Positions 45,179 through 54,943 of a stretch of DNA of 64,000 bases are shown here, in pieces. The stretch covers positions 45,445-109,444 of the forward strand of contig JAJFHX010000048.1 of assembly GCA_021775425.1 (NCBI GenBank), in the 5' to 3' direction. How positions within the stretch are numbered: position 1 is the first letter of the stretch; each line of letters starts with the position of its first letter. Origin of the DNA: Hyphomicrobiales bacterium. GTDB taxonomy: Bacteria; Pseudomonadota; Alphaproteobacteria; Rhizobiales; HXMU1428-3. The position numbers and the translations under genes are program-made. The notes beneath the pieces were generated by a model, which was given only the letters and a program-made list of their open reading frames with translations, searched no databases and was not told the origin of the DNA.

Positions 45179-46276
45179 CTATCGCCGCGTCAACGCCGTC
45201 GTCATCCCCAGCAATAAAGAAATACCAATCAACGATGTCCCACCATAAGAAATCAACGGCAATGTCATGCCTTTCGCCGGTATCAACCCGAGGTTAACAC
45301 TCATATTGATCCCCGCCTGTAAGGCAAACAACATCATCAGGCCCGAAACCGCAAACCGCACAAACGGATCCTGCATATTCCGCACCCGCATCAGTGAGAG
45401 AAACACAATGCCCCCATAAATCAGCAATAGCAGCAGACAGGCCAGAACGCCAAATTCATCAGCGATCGCAGCAAAGATAAAATCATTATGCGCATCCGGC
45501 AGATATTGCTCTGCCAAAGATCCTTCACCTGGCCCGCGCCCAAACCACCCCGCCTGACGAAACGCCTCAAGCGCTCGCGCGATCTGATAATTTTCACCTG
45601 AAGGATCTAGAAAGTGGTCAATCCGCGCTGTCACATGCGGCAAGAACTGATAAGCAAGATAGAGGCCGATCACACCAGCCACCAGAAACAGCATCACCCA
45701 GCTCCACGCCAGACCAGCAAGAAAAAACATCCCCACCCATGTTGCCGTGATCAGCAATGTCTGGCCAAAATCCGGTTGCAGAATTAACAACAGGGCCGCG
45801 ATTACAAAAAAGCCGAAAGCAAAACTATGCGCAGGCATGTCCTTGCGTTTGATGCCTTCTGCAAATGCCCAGGCGGTCATAATTATAAAAGCAGGTTTCA
45901 TAACTTCAGAAGGTTGCACCGAAACATCCGCAATCCGAAGCCAGCGTTGCGCGCCGTTGATCTCCGGCCCAATCAGCAATACGGCAATCATTGAAAAAAT
46001 CGAAATCACAAATACCGCCAGCGATAACCGCCTGATATTTGAAGGGCTGAGTAAGGACACAGCTATCATAATCACAGCACCAAAGACCGCAAAAATCAGT
46101 TGCCGTTGCACAAAATAAAAATGCGGCAGATCCCGCCTGATAGCCACCGGCGGGCTGGCAGAAAGCAACATGACAATGCCAATCACCAAAAGCAGCAGGG
46201 AAAGGCCAAGAACTGTACGGTCAACAGTGAACCACCATTCGGTTAGATGGCTCCTTTCAGAGCGGGAAATTACCAT
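45179..46276 (-). CDS. ftsW: Peptidoglycan polymerase FtsW (SEDS family)
   Basis: QPSEVMKP, QPDFGQT, PDAHNDFIFA, KGMTLPLISYGG. Confidence 0.95.
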   Translation of the reverse strand: MVISRSERSHLTEWWFTVDRTVLGLSLLLLVIGIVMLLSASPPVAIRRDLPHFYFVQRQLIFAVFGAVIMIAVSLLSPSNIRRLSLAVFVISIFSMIAVLLIGPEINGAQRWLRIADVSVQPSEVMKPAFIIMTAWAFAEGIKRKDMPAHSFAFGFFVIAALLLILQPDFGQTLLITATWVGMFFLAGLAWSWVMLFLVAGVIGLYLAYQFLPHVTARIDHFLDPSGENYQIARALEAFRQAGWFGRGPGEGSLAEQYLPDAHNDFIFAAIADEFGVLACLLLLLIYGGIVFLSLMRVRNMQDPFVRFAVSGLMMLFALQAGINMSVNLGLIPAKGMTLPLISYGGTSLIGISLLLGMTTALTRR

Positions 46277-46283
46277 GAATTAA

Positions 46284-47852
46284 TCACCCCTCCGCTGCCA
46301 TTTCCACATTTGCGACCGCCCTGACAACATCACAAAAGGCCTCACCGCGCACTTCAAAATTCGGAAACTGATCAAAACTGGCAGCTGCCGGTGAAAGTAG
46401 CACAGCCGCCTCACCTGAACCCGCTTCAAGCCCGGTTGCAACGGCCCGGCTCACAGCCGTTTCAATATCACCGCAAATCTCATAAGCTATATTCGCTGCT
46501 CTAAGAGTATTGCCAAAATCCTCTGCCGCTTCACCAATTAAAAACGCCTTCCTGATACTTGAAAAGTGCGACTTAAGCCCTTCTATGCCGCCCTCTTTCG
46601 CCCGTCCTCCGGCAATCCAGTATATCTCAGGGTAACTCCTTAAAGCCTGCATGGAAGCGTCCGCATTGGTTGCCTTGCTATCATTTACAAATAACAACCG
46701 CCGCCCCAAACGAGACAGCACACCAACCTGTCGCATCCTGTGGCTCAGGCCGGGAAATGTCCGCAACCCTCTCACCAGACCAGCCACATTCACTGTTACT
46801 TGCTTTGCAAGCGCAAAGGCAAACGCCGCATTTTGCGCATTATGCGCCCCCCGCAAATGAGTGATCCCATTCAGATTAACATCAAGCACCTGCCCACCAT
46901 CCTGATATAAACTGAAGCCGTCATCACGCAGCTCTATCCCGTTTGACTTTACCTGCAAAATCATGGGGCTGTCAGCCCGTCCAACAAACATCATATTATC
47001 AAGTGAAGAAAGTCGCTCAGCAATAGAACGGCAATACTGATCATCAACCGAAATCACACCTGTGCCCGAAAGGCCCAGCCCATCAGCCCCACTTCCAATT
47101 CCAGTACCAACCTGCCCGTGCTCATGAAAGCCAAGCCGATCAAGTATAAGATTATCAAATATCTTCCCCTTAACCGCCGCATAATTTTCAACCGTCCCAT
47201 GCCTGTCGATATGGTCAGGTGTAATATTCAACAATCCGGCTGCTGTTGGCTGCAAAGAAGGCGTGAGGTCAATCTGATAAGAAGAAAGCTCCAGCACATA
47301 AATCGTGCCCCCTTCCTCATCACGTGATCCAAATTCAGGCATATCCAGCACGCCAAAACCGATATTGCCGCCCATCACCGCAGTTTCACCTGCCGCATTC
47401 AAAATATGCGTCGTCAGGGCTGTCGTGGTGGATTTTCCGTTCGTGCCGGTCAGCACAATGATTTTGTCAGCAAGTTCTGAGCGGCGATTAAGAGCCAGAA
47501 ACTCCTGAAAAAACAGCTCCGTATCACCAATAACAGGCACATTGGCCGCATTCGCCAACTTTACCGACCAGTGCGGTTCAGGATGGGTCAATGGCACGCC
47601 CGGCGAAAGCAGCAGCGCATCAATATTGCCCCAGTCAAGGTCTTTGAGGTCACTGACAGTAAATCCTTTATCTCGCGCCGCTACGCATCGTGCTTCATTA
47701 TCATCAAACACAACCAGATCAGCGCCGCCCGCCTGAAGCGCCGAAGCCGCACTCATCCCGCTGATGCCAAGACCAAACAACGCAATATTTTTATTCTTAT
47801 ATACAGAGATAGGTATGATAGCCCAATTCCCCCACCAGCTAGACAAGTTCAA
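46284..47852 (-). CDS. murD: UDP-N-acetylmuramoyl-L-alanine--D-glutamate ligase (start uncertain: TTG 47852 or ATC 47819)
   Basis: ALFGLGISG, TGTNGKSTTT, NDSKATN, LLSPAAASFDQF. Confidence 0.95.
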   Translation of the reverse strand: MNLSSWWGNWAIIPISVYKNKNIALFGLGISGMSAASALQAGGADLVVFDDNEARCVAARDKGFTVSDLKDLDWGNIDALLLSPGVPLTHPEPHWSVKLANAANVPVIGDTELFFQEFLALNRRSELADKIIVLTGTNGKSTTTALTTHILNAAGETAVMGGNIGFGVLDMPEFGSRDEEGGTIYVLELSSYQIDLTPSLQPTAAGLLNITPDHIDRHGTVENYAAVKGKIFDNLILDRLGFHEHGQVGTGIGSGADGLGLSGTGVISVDDQYCRSIAERLSSLDNMMFVGRADSPMILQVKSNGIELRDDGFSLYQDGGQVLDVNLNGITHLRGAHNAQNAAFAFALAKQVTVNVAGLVRGLRTFPGLSHRMRQVGVLSRLGRRLLFVNDSKATNADASMQALRSYPEIYWIAGGRAKEGGIEGLKSHFSSIRKAFLIGEAAEDFGNTLRAANIAYEICGDIETAVSRAVATGLEAGSGEAAVLLSPAAASFDQFPNFEVRGEAFCDVVRAVANVEMAAEG

Positions 47853-47917
47853 GATATGAAAATTGACGCAAAAATCACGATATGATCCAGCTCAGAAAAT
47901 GAGCGACAGAGCTGAAT

Positions 47918-49006
47918 TTAGCGAAGCTTCAAGGTACTTAGTCCGATCAGAGCCAGCACCACAGCAATAATCCAGAAGCGTACCACAATGGTCGATTCGG
48001 CCCAGCCCTTCTGCTCATAATGGTGATGCAAGGGCGCCATACGAAACACCCGCTTGCCGGTCATTTTAAAAGAAGCCACCTGCACGATCACAGATACAGC
48101 TTCAAGCACAAACAAACCGCCCACAATACCAAGCACCAGTTCGTGTTTAACAGCCACCGCAATCGCCCCAAGTGCCCCGCCCAGCGCAAGCGAGCCCGTA
48201 TCACCCATGAAGATCATCGCCGGCGGTGCGTTAAACCACAAAAAGCCTAAGCCTGCGCCAATAAACCCGCCACAAACAACCAGCAATTCACTCGTCCCGG
48301 GCACAAAATGGATTTGCAGATAATCAGCAAATGTCGCATGCCCGACAAGATAAGAAATCACCCCAAAGGTAGAGCAGGCAATCATCACTGGCACAATCGC
48401 CAGTCCATCCAGCCCGTCAGTCAGGTTCACAGCATTGCCAGCGCCCGCAATCACCAGCGCGCCAAAACAGATAAACAACACAGGGCCAAGATCAATCAGC
48501 ACATCTTTAAAAAACGGAATGGTCAGTGAGGTTGAAAACGGCTCTTTACCAAGCGACATAAAAATCGCGCAGGCAATCGCGGCGATAATAAGCTCAAGCC
48601 CAAGCCGCACCCGCCCGGAAAAACCGGCCGTCGTCCGCTTAGAAACTTTCAGATAATCATCATAACCACCGATGATCCCATAGCTGAGCGTAACAAACAA
48701 AACCACCCAGACATAAATATCCCGCAAATTTCCCCAAAGGATTGTCGAAACAAAAACGGCTGACAAAATCATCAGCCCGCCCATGGTCGGTGTTCCCTGT
48801 TTTTCAATAATATGCCGCTGCGGCCCATCTTCACGAATGGGCTGGCCTTTGCCCTGCCTGACACGCAGATTTTTAATAAGCGCCGGCCCGAACAAAAACA
48901 CAAACAGCAAAGACGTCATGATCGCGCCGCCAGTGCGAAAAGTAATATAACGAAACACGTTCAAGGCACCAAACTGGTCAGCAAATCCCACCAACTCATA
49001 AAACAT
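47918..49006 (-). CDS. mraY: Phospho-N-acetylmuramoyl-pentapeptide transferase
   Basis: [39 protein letters not shown]. Confidence 0.97.
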   Translation of the reverse strand: MFYELVGFADQFGALNVFRYITFRTGGAIMTSLLFVFLFGPALIKNLRVRQGKGQPIREDGPQRHIIEKQGTPTMGGLMILSAVFVSTILWGNLRDIYVWVVLFVTLSYGIIGGYDDYLKVSKRTTAGFSGRVRLGLELIIAAIACAIFMSLGKEPFSTSLTIPFFKDVLIDLGPVLFICFGALVIAGAGNAVNLTDGLDGLAIVPVMIACSTFGVISYLVGHATFADYLQIHFVPGTSELLVVCGGFIGAGLGFLWFNAPPAMIFMGDTGSLALGGALGAIAVAVKHELVLGIVGGLFVLEAVSVIVQVASFKMTGKRVFRMAPLHHHYEQKGWAESTIVVRFWIIAVVLALIGLSTLKLR

Positions 49007-49045
49007 CAGAACATTCCCTCATTCCCTGTGACCAAAACCAGCGTT

Positions 49046-50509
49046 TTAGTGCTTATAATTTTCAATCAGCTCACGAACAATCAAACCCATTTCACTGCCA
49101 AGCGACCCTTTGACCATAATCACATCACCGGGAAGCAAGCTTTCACCAAGCGGCTCAAGCAATTCAGCAGATTTTTTCCCATAGCAAGTTTGCTTTATCT
49201 CAGGCAACCCTTCAAACATATGCGCCATCATCTCACCTGATGCAAACACCAAATCTATATCAAGCTCAGCAATCAAAGGGGCAAGGTTTTTGTGATATTC
49301 AACAGCATGCGCCCCAAGTTCCAGCATATCCCCTAAAACCGCAATACGGCGGCAATATGTATCCCCCTGCATAGCGCTCAGATTTTTAAGTGCAATTTCC
49401 ATAGAAGGCGGGTTCGCATTATAACTTTCATCAATCAACGTGAACCCGTTAAATTCTTCATTTTTCTTCAGTTTCAGCTCATGCAGTACACCCCGCCCGT
49501 CTGGCGCAGTCAAAGAAGAAAGCAACGGCAACGCATGTCTGACATCACAACCCGCCAGCATCAGAACCCCAAGCGCCCCAATCATATTTGAAGCAATATG
49601 CGCCCCGGGCTGAGAAATCGTGAACTCAAACCTTTGCCCCAATAAACTGGCCTGCACCTGACTATCAAGCGTGCCATAATGAGCTGAGCTGAGGCAAAAC
49701 CCGCGCTCCCCATCAGCACTGGCGCCAAAACCATAAACAGCACTCACTTTGAGGCGCCGCGCCGCATCACATAACCGCTCATAGTGTTGGTTATCCACTG
49801 GAAGTAAAGCCACCCCATCTGCCACAAGGCCCTCAAACACTTCTGCTTTCGCATCCGCAATTTCTTCTTCATTATTAAAATGGCCAATATGCGCTGGCGC
49901 AATCGTCGTGATCAAAGCTATGTGCGGTTGAATAAGTTTAGAGAGCGGGCGAATTTCCCCGGCATGGTTCATGCCCACTTCAAAAACAGCAAATTCACAA
50001 TCCCGTGGCATCCGCGCCAGCGAAAGCGGCACCCCCCAATGGTTGTTAAATGATTTAACAGAAGCATGCGTTTTGCCGAACTGACAGAACATCTGCTTAA
50101 GCGCTTCTTTCGTGCCGGTCTTTCCTGCGCTGCCGGTCACCGCCACAATTTTCGCACTGCTGCGTTTGCGCGCCCAGAGCGCCATTTTTTCAAGCGCGGC
50201 GAGCGTGTCATCAACCCGCACCAGCACCCCGTCCCCCGGCTGAGCCTCATAGCCATGCGAAACAAGTGCCGCATGAGCCCCGGCAGCAAACGCGGCTGAA
50301 ACATATAAATGCCCATCCTGCGAAACACCTTGTATCGCCACATAAAGCGCACCCGGCTCAAGCGTCCGGCTGTCTATAGAGACAGATGTAAGAGAATGAG
50401 AATTTTGTTCACCGGACAAATCATTCTGTTCAGCAAGCGGCGCTAAAGTGCCATCAACAGCCTTCACCAGTTCTTCAAGCGTCCATAATTCATCCATAAA
50501 CTTAACCAT
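49046..50509 (-). CDS. murF: UDP-N-acetylmuramoyl-tripeptide--D-alanyl-D-alanine ligase
   Basis: VTGSAGKTGTK, SFNNHWGVPL, FEVGMNHAGEI, DESYNANP, LGDMLELG. Confidence 0.96.
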   Translation of the reverse strand: MVKFMDELWTLEELVKAVDGTLAPLAEQNDLSGEQNSHSLTSVSIDSRTLEPGALYVAIQGVSQDGHLYVSAAFAAGAHAALVSHGYEAQPGDGVLVRVDDTLAALEKMALWARKRSSAKIVAVTGSAGKTGTKEALKQMFCQFGKTHASVKSFNNHWGVPLSLARMPRDCEFAVFEVGMNHAGEIRPLSKLIQPHIALITTIAPAHIGHFNNEEEIADAKAEVFEGLVADGVALLPVDNQHYERLCDAARRLKVSAVYGFGASADGERGFCLSSAHYGTLDSQVQASLLGQRFEFTISQPGAHIASNMIGALGVLMLAGCDVRHALPLLSSLTAPDGRGVLHELKLKKNEEFNGFTLIDESYNANPPSMEIALKNLSAMQGDTYCRRIAVLGDMLELGAHAVEYHKNLAPLIAELDIDLVFASGEMMAHMFEGLPEIKQTCYGKKSAELLEPLGESLLPGDVIMVKGSLGSEMGLIVRELIENYKH

Positions 50510-50796
50510 TTTCCTGAACGCTAAAAAAAACCGCTGCCATCAATAGAGGGCGGGCATCGTATTTTGGTAAATGAACCTGTCACATCAATGCAAAAGGTCT
50601 AACCAACCCAAAATACCAAATCAAGTTGAAAACAAAGCTTTTTTCAAAGAGGGAAACAATCAAGTCAATAAAATAGCATTTTTGACACATAGCAGTGGAT
50701 AGATCACACAGCTGAAACCATCAAACGCGTCCAAAACATCAATTCACCCCCAAACAACCCACAAACCAAACAAATGCAACACACTCCCGGCTTACT

Positions 50797-50956
50797 AGGC
50801 CCGGTTGCCTGGTGGGCAACCCAAGGGCCACTAAGAATGTGGGCATCTGAAGCCCCGTCAAAAAAAGGCATCTGATGTCACATTGAGTTAATGCTCATTA
50901 CCCTCCGTAGGACCAGGCCCGGTTGCCTAGTGGGCAACTGAAGGGCCATCAAAAAA
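50797..50956. repeat. Duplicated 34-nt palindromic hairpin plus a degenerate partial third copy at the murE 3' end
   Basis: 50797..50830 and 50915..50948 share 31 of 34 nt; 50839..50865 matches 50930..50956 at 23 of 27 nt. Confidence 0.85.
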
Positions 50957-52450
50957 GAGCCCCGCCGCAACCGCTTCATGATCTGAAAATGGTAATGTTT
51001 CACCTTTAACAATCTGCCCGGTTTCATGCCCCTTGCCAGCCAGAAGCAACACATCCCCCACACCTAACCCGGCGATGGCATATCGCACAGCCTCTGATCG
51101 CTCCCCAATTTCAATCACTTCCACCTTAGAGCCAGCATTCACCTCTGTTTCAGAGGCAGCAACAGCCGCCGCCATGATTTCCGCCCTGATTGAGGCCGCA
51201 TCTTCATTGCGTGGATTATCATCGGTTACAATCACGCGGTCTGCCAGCCTAGCCGCAATCTCGCCCATTATAGCCCGTTTGCCGCGGTCTCTGTCCCCAC
51301 CACATCCAAACACCACAACCAGTTTCCCCTGCTTATAAGGCAGGAGCGCTTTAATCGCATTTTCAAGCGCATCTGGTGTGTGCGCATAATCAATAAACAC
51401 GGGCGCACCAACTTCTGTGCCGGTTAGCTTTTTGCTGCCAGCCAGTTCAAGCCGCCCCTTCGCGCCTTTTATATCTGCGAGTATTGGCAGAATTTCAGCC
51501 ATCCGAACCCCGCCCGCAGCGACCAGAGCCGCCGCCACCAGCACATTGCTGGTTTGAAACTCACCAACCAGAGGCAACAGAATTTCTGCCTGCTGCATAT
51601 TGCCGGCTTCATCCAGGTAAGAAAGGTTGAGCCGCTGCGAAAATTCATGCCGGCTGACTTGATCCACCCTGATAAATTCACCCTTATGGCCAATGGTCGA
51701 AACCCTGATAGACCGGTTCTTGCAAATCTGAATGATATCTTCCGCCCCGGCAGCATCCGCATCAATGACAGCCACACCGTCTTCATGAAGCAACTCACTG
51801 AACAATCGCTTTTTCTCATTGAAATAAGCTTCAAATGTCTCATGATAATCAAGATGATCGCGGGTGATATTAGTAAAGGCGGCAGCTTTAAAGCTAATCC
51901 CGTCAAGCCGTCGCTGCGCCAGCCCATGTGAGGACGCCTCAAGCGCCAGATGGTCAACACCTTCAAGCGCCAGTTCCTGCATCAAATGATGCAAAGTCAC
52001 CGGGTCAGGCGTTGTATGATTGAGCTTAATTTCCTTGCCTTTTGAAACAACACCGATCGTACCAAGACTGGCACCCGCAATGCCAAGCTGTTCCCAGATC
52101 TGGCGCACAAAACTCGCAACAGAGGTTTTGCCGTTTGTCCCCGTCACACCGATCACCGTCTCTGGCTGGGGCGCATAAAACCGCGACGCCATTTGCGCCA
52201 GCAATAATCTCGGGTCCTGTCGTTTCAAAAGGGGAACTGTTTCAGGAACAGAGCCATCAAATTTTTCATGTGTGAGAACAGCACTAGCCCCATTTGAGAG
52301 AGCCTGCTCGATAAATAACGCCCCATCAACAGCAACCCCCGGCAGCCCGGCAAAAAGAAAACCCGCTTCAACAGCACGGCTGTCAGCCGTTAGCCCGGTA
52401 ACATCCACATCAGGGCCACTATACCCCTCAACCAGTTGAGATAATTTCAT
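50927..52450 (-). CDS. murE: UDP-N-acetylmuramoyl-L-alanyl-D-glutamate--2,6-diaminopimelate ligase
   Basis: VTGTNGKTS, HTTPDP, EASSHGL, DYAHTPDA, FGCGGDRD, DDNPR (DAP-type), AGKGHE. Start at ATG 52450. Confidence 0.96.
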   Translation of the reverse strand: MKLSQLVEGYSGPDVDVTGLTADSRAVEAGFLFAGLPGVAVDGALFIEQALSNGASAVLTHEKFDGSVPETVPLLKRQDPRLLLAQMASRFYAPQPETVIGVTGTNGKTSVASFVRQIWEQLGIAGASLGTIGVVSKGKEIKLNHTTPDPVTLHHLMQELALEGVDHLALEASSHGLAQRRLDGISFKAAAFTNITRDHLDYHETFEAYFNEKKRLFSELLHEDGVAVIDADAAGAEDIIQICKNRSIRVSTIGHKGEFIRVDQVSRHEFSQRLNLSYLDEAGNMQQAEILLPLVGEFQTSNVLVAAALVAAGGVRMAEILPILADIKGAKGRLELAGSKKLTGTEVGAPVFIDYAHTPDALENAIKALLPYKQGKLVVVFGCGGDRDRGKRAIMGEIAARLADRVIVTDDNPRNEDAASIRAEIMAAAVAASETEVNAGSKVEVIEIGERSEAVRYAIAGLGVGDVLLLAGKGHETGQIVKGETLPFSDHEAVAAGLFFDGPSVAH

Positions 52451-52490
52451 AAAATTCCGCTCACCCGCCACTTGCCTGATATTAAGAAAC

Positions 52491-52528
52491 GCCCCTGCTT
52501 AGCATGAAAGCCCCTGTTTAACATGAAA
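52491..52528. repeat. Tandem repeat, 2 x 19 nt, upstream of murE
   Basis: GCCCCTGCTTAGCATGAAA followed by GCCCCTGTTTAACATGAAA. Confidence 0.8.
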
Positions 52529-52653
52529 GGGAGGGCAATATAGAGGCAAAATTACTGCGCCGCATTCAAAAGCACAACAGATTTACGGCAAAGCCGCCAA
52601 AATCCACAATGCCACCAGTTCTCACTGGTGCCCGATGGCAAAAGTTTCACAAC

Positions 52654-52694
52654 AAAAAAGGTCATTTCAAAGCGTTACCAATGAAATGACCTTT
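52654..52694 (-). terminator. Intrinsic terminator between ftsI and murE
   Basis: 13-bp inverted repeat AAAGGTCATTTCA/TGAAATGACCTTT with a T-run on the minus strand, 42 nt after the ftsI stop. Confidence 0.75.
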
Positions 52695-52735
52695 GTTTCT
52701 AATGATCGGGGGATCATCAGGGGAGATTTAAAATG

Positions 52736-54439
52736 CTATTTGGTTGTTTTTACTGAAACTCTATCCAGCACAGGATAAAAAGGCTTCACCTTAAACAAAG
52801 GTGCAAGCCGTGAAATAATTTTTGCCGTCGTAGGGGCCGCATTCACACCCGCCACATTCACGCCGTGCGCTTTCGGCTCAGCCTGCGGTTCATCCAGCAT
52901 GACAAACACCAGATATTCGGGCTTATCATAAGGAAAAATACCAACAAAACTCGTCCGTACTTTTTCTTTTGAATATTTCCCTTTAATCACCTTGTTCGCC
53001 GTGCCGGTTTTACCACCAACTCTGTATGGCGTCACTTCAGCCCTTTTGGCCGTGCCGTGTTGTTCTGTTACATTGGCCCGCATCAATTTGCGGATTTTGT
53101 CGCTGGTCGCTACGGAAACAACCCGTTTTGCGCCTTCTTTTGCTTCCCGTTCAGAACGTTTCAGAAATGTCGGTGGCACATAAATTCCGCCATTCACAAG
53201 TGCGCCAACCGCACTGGCAAATTGCAAAGGAGTCACCGCAATGCCATGCCCGTATGATGCTGTCGCAGAGTGAACTTCACCCCACCGTTTTGCCGTATCC
53301 GGTTTTCTAAAAGTCCCAAGCTCAGTTTCAACCGCATCAAGCAGATGTAGCTTAGAAAGAAAGTTCTTATGATTTTTGGGGCCAACCTGCAGCGCGAATT
53401 TTGCAGTCCCAATGTTAGACGAGCGCACAAAAACATCTTTGAGGCTCAGATCACCTTTCACACCGTGATAGTCCCTGATTTTAAAGCCACCCAGTTGAAG
53501 CGGCTCAGAAACATCAACCCGGCTATCAAGTGTCGCGGTATTTTTCTCAAGAACCATCGCCATTGTCACAGTTTTAAAAACAGACCCAAGCTCAAACAGC
53601 CCGCCCGATATCCGGTCAAACCGTTCCTTATCTAAGAGCAATGAAGGTTTTTGCGGGTCAGTCACCGGCAAAGAAGAAAGTGCAACCACTTCCCCGCTAT
53701 GCACATTCATAACAATCCCGGCCGCATTCTTGGCCTTATAGCGAAGCATTGCCTGCTTAAGTTCCTGGTTCAGAATGTAATTCGCACCAATATCAAGCGA
53801 AAGCTGCACCGGCTCATTTTCATCAGCCCCAAACTTAAGCGGGTTATCAAGCCGGGTCCGGTCAATAAATTTTTCAATGCCAGCATGACCAATATTGTCA
53901 ATATCCACATGGCCAATCACATAACCACCAAGCGAACCCTTCGGATAAACCCGGCGAATTTCAGGCGTCACATCAACCCCCGGTAACCCAAGGTCAAAAA
54001 TCTGCTGTGCGTGTTTGGGGTGCAGGCCACGTTTAATAAATACAAACTGCCGGTCGCTATGGGTCATCTGACGCAGCAGATCCATTTCATCAATTTCCGG
54101 CAACGCCGTTTTTAGCTTTTTAACCACCATTGCCGGGTCCATAAGACCTGATGGATTGGCATAAAGAGAAGGCGCTTCAATATCGGTTGCCAACAACTGA
54201 CCCTGAGCATCAATAATATCTGGCCGCGCCTTTTGCACGCCAATCGGTGAAATCCGGTTTAACTGCTGATCAGCCGGGCGCAAAAATCCAAGCGAAATCA
54301 AATTCCCCCCAATCAGCGAGAACATGCCAAACATAACAACCAGCATCAGTGAGTGACGCAGAGTAAATTGTCTCCCCTCGCGCGGCGTCGTTTCAATAGG
54401 TTCGTATCCTTGATTACTGCGTCTGATATTATTGACCAT
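52736..54439 (-). CDS. ftsI: Division transpeptidase FtsI (PBP3)
   Basis: N-terminal TM; SxxK (GSVFK), SxN (SSN) and KTG motifs; position in the dcw cluster. Confidence 0.93.
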   Translation of the reverse strand: MVNNIRRSNQGYEPIETTPREGRQFTLRHSLMLVVMFGMFSLIGGNLISLGFLRPADQQLNRISPIGVQKARPDIIDAQGQLLATDIEAPSLYANPSGLMDPAMVVKKLKTALPEIDEMDLLRQMTHSDRQFVFIKRGLHPKHAQQIFDLGLPGVDVTPEIRRVYPKGSLGGYVIGHVDIDNIGHAGIEKFIDRTRLDNPLKFGADENEPVQLSLDIGANYILNQELKQAMLRYKAKNAAGIVMNVHSGEVVALSSLPVTDPQKPSLLLDKERFDRISGGLFELGSVFKTVTMAMVLEKNTATLDSRVDVSEPLQLGGFKIRDYHGVKGDLSLKDVFVRSSNIGTAKFALQVGPKNHKNFLSKLHLLDAVETELGTFRKPDTAKRWGEVHSATASYGHGIAVTPLQFASAVGALVNGGIYVPPTFLKRSEREAKEGAKRVVSVATSDKIRKLMRANVTEQHGTAKRAEVTPYRVGGKTGTANKVIKGKYSKEKVRTSFVGIFPYDKPEYLVFVMLDEPQAEPKAHGVNVAGVNAAPTTAKIISRLAPLFKVKPFYPVLDRVSVKTTK

Positions 54440-54893
54440 TCGAACCACCCCTACTCACTTTTGAAACAAATTCACCAATCAGATCAGTACGACTAGCCCC
54501 TTTTTTTCCACCTGAAGTCTCGCGTATGTTTTCGCGCGTTAACAGATCATTTGTCGAAAAGGTCTCAAGTGCATCATCATCGTCAAAAGCATCAGCAAAT
54601 TGTTGCCCGTCTTTCTGATAGGGCAAACCATCTACATCTCTTGATGATATAATCTGTTTGGGGGTCAGTTGTTTTAACTTTAAGGACTGAGCCAGTTTCT
54701 CAATCCGAGCCGGCTGAGTAAGAATGCTCCACTCAGCCTTCAAAACAGCAAGTTGCTGCTTCTCAACGGCAATATCCTGGCGCAAGCGCACAGAATCAAG
54801 CTGAAGGCTTCTCGTGTCATATTTGATTTTATAAAGAACGCCGGCCATACCAAGCGTGGCTATGAAAATAGCAATCGTAAGAAAACGCAACAT
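54429..54893 (-). CDS. ftsL: Cell division protein FtsL (alpha type)
   Basis: TM, coiled coil, LKAEWSILTQPARIEKLA; lies between rsmH and ftsI. Confidence 0.85.
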   Translation of the reverse strand: MLRFLTIAIFIATLGMAGVLYKIKYDTRSLQLDSVRLRQDIAVEKQQLAVLKAEWSILTQPARIEKLAQSLKLKQLTPKQIISSRDVDGLPYQKDGQQFADAFDDDDALETFSTNDLLTRENIRETSGGKKGASRTDLIGEFVSKVSRGGSNGQ

Positions 54894-54943
54894 TACTCAA
54901 ATACTCATTCACTGCCCAATACAAAGGCAATGTACTCAAAAGG

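Noticed and set aside
50797-50956. CRISPR interpretation of the 34-nt palindromic repeats
   Set aside because: Only two full copies, one of them inside murE; the spacer is 84 nt; no cas genes.
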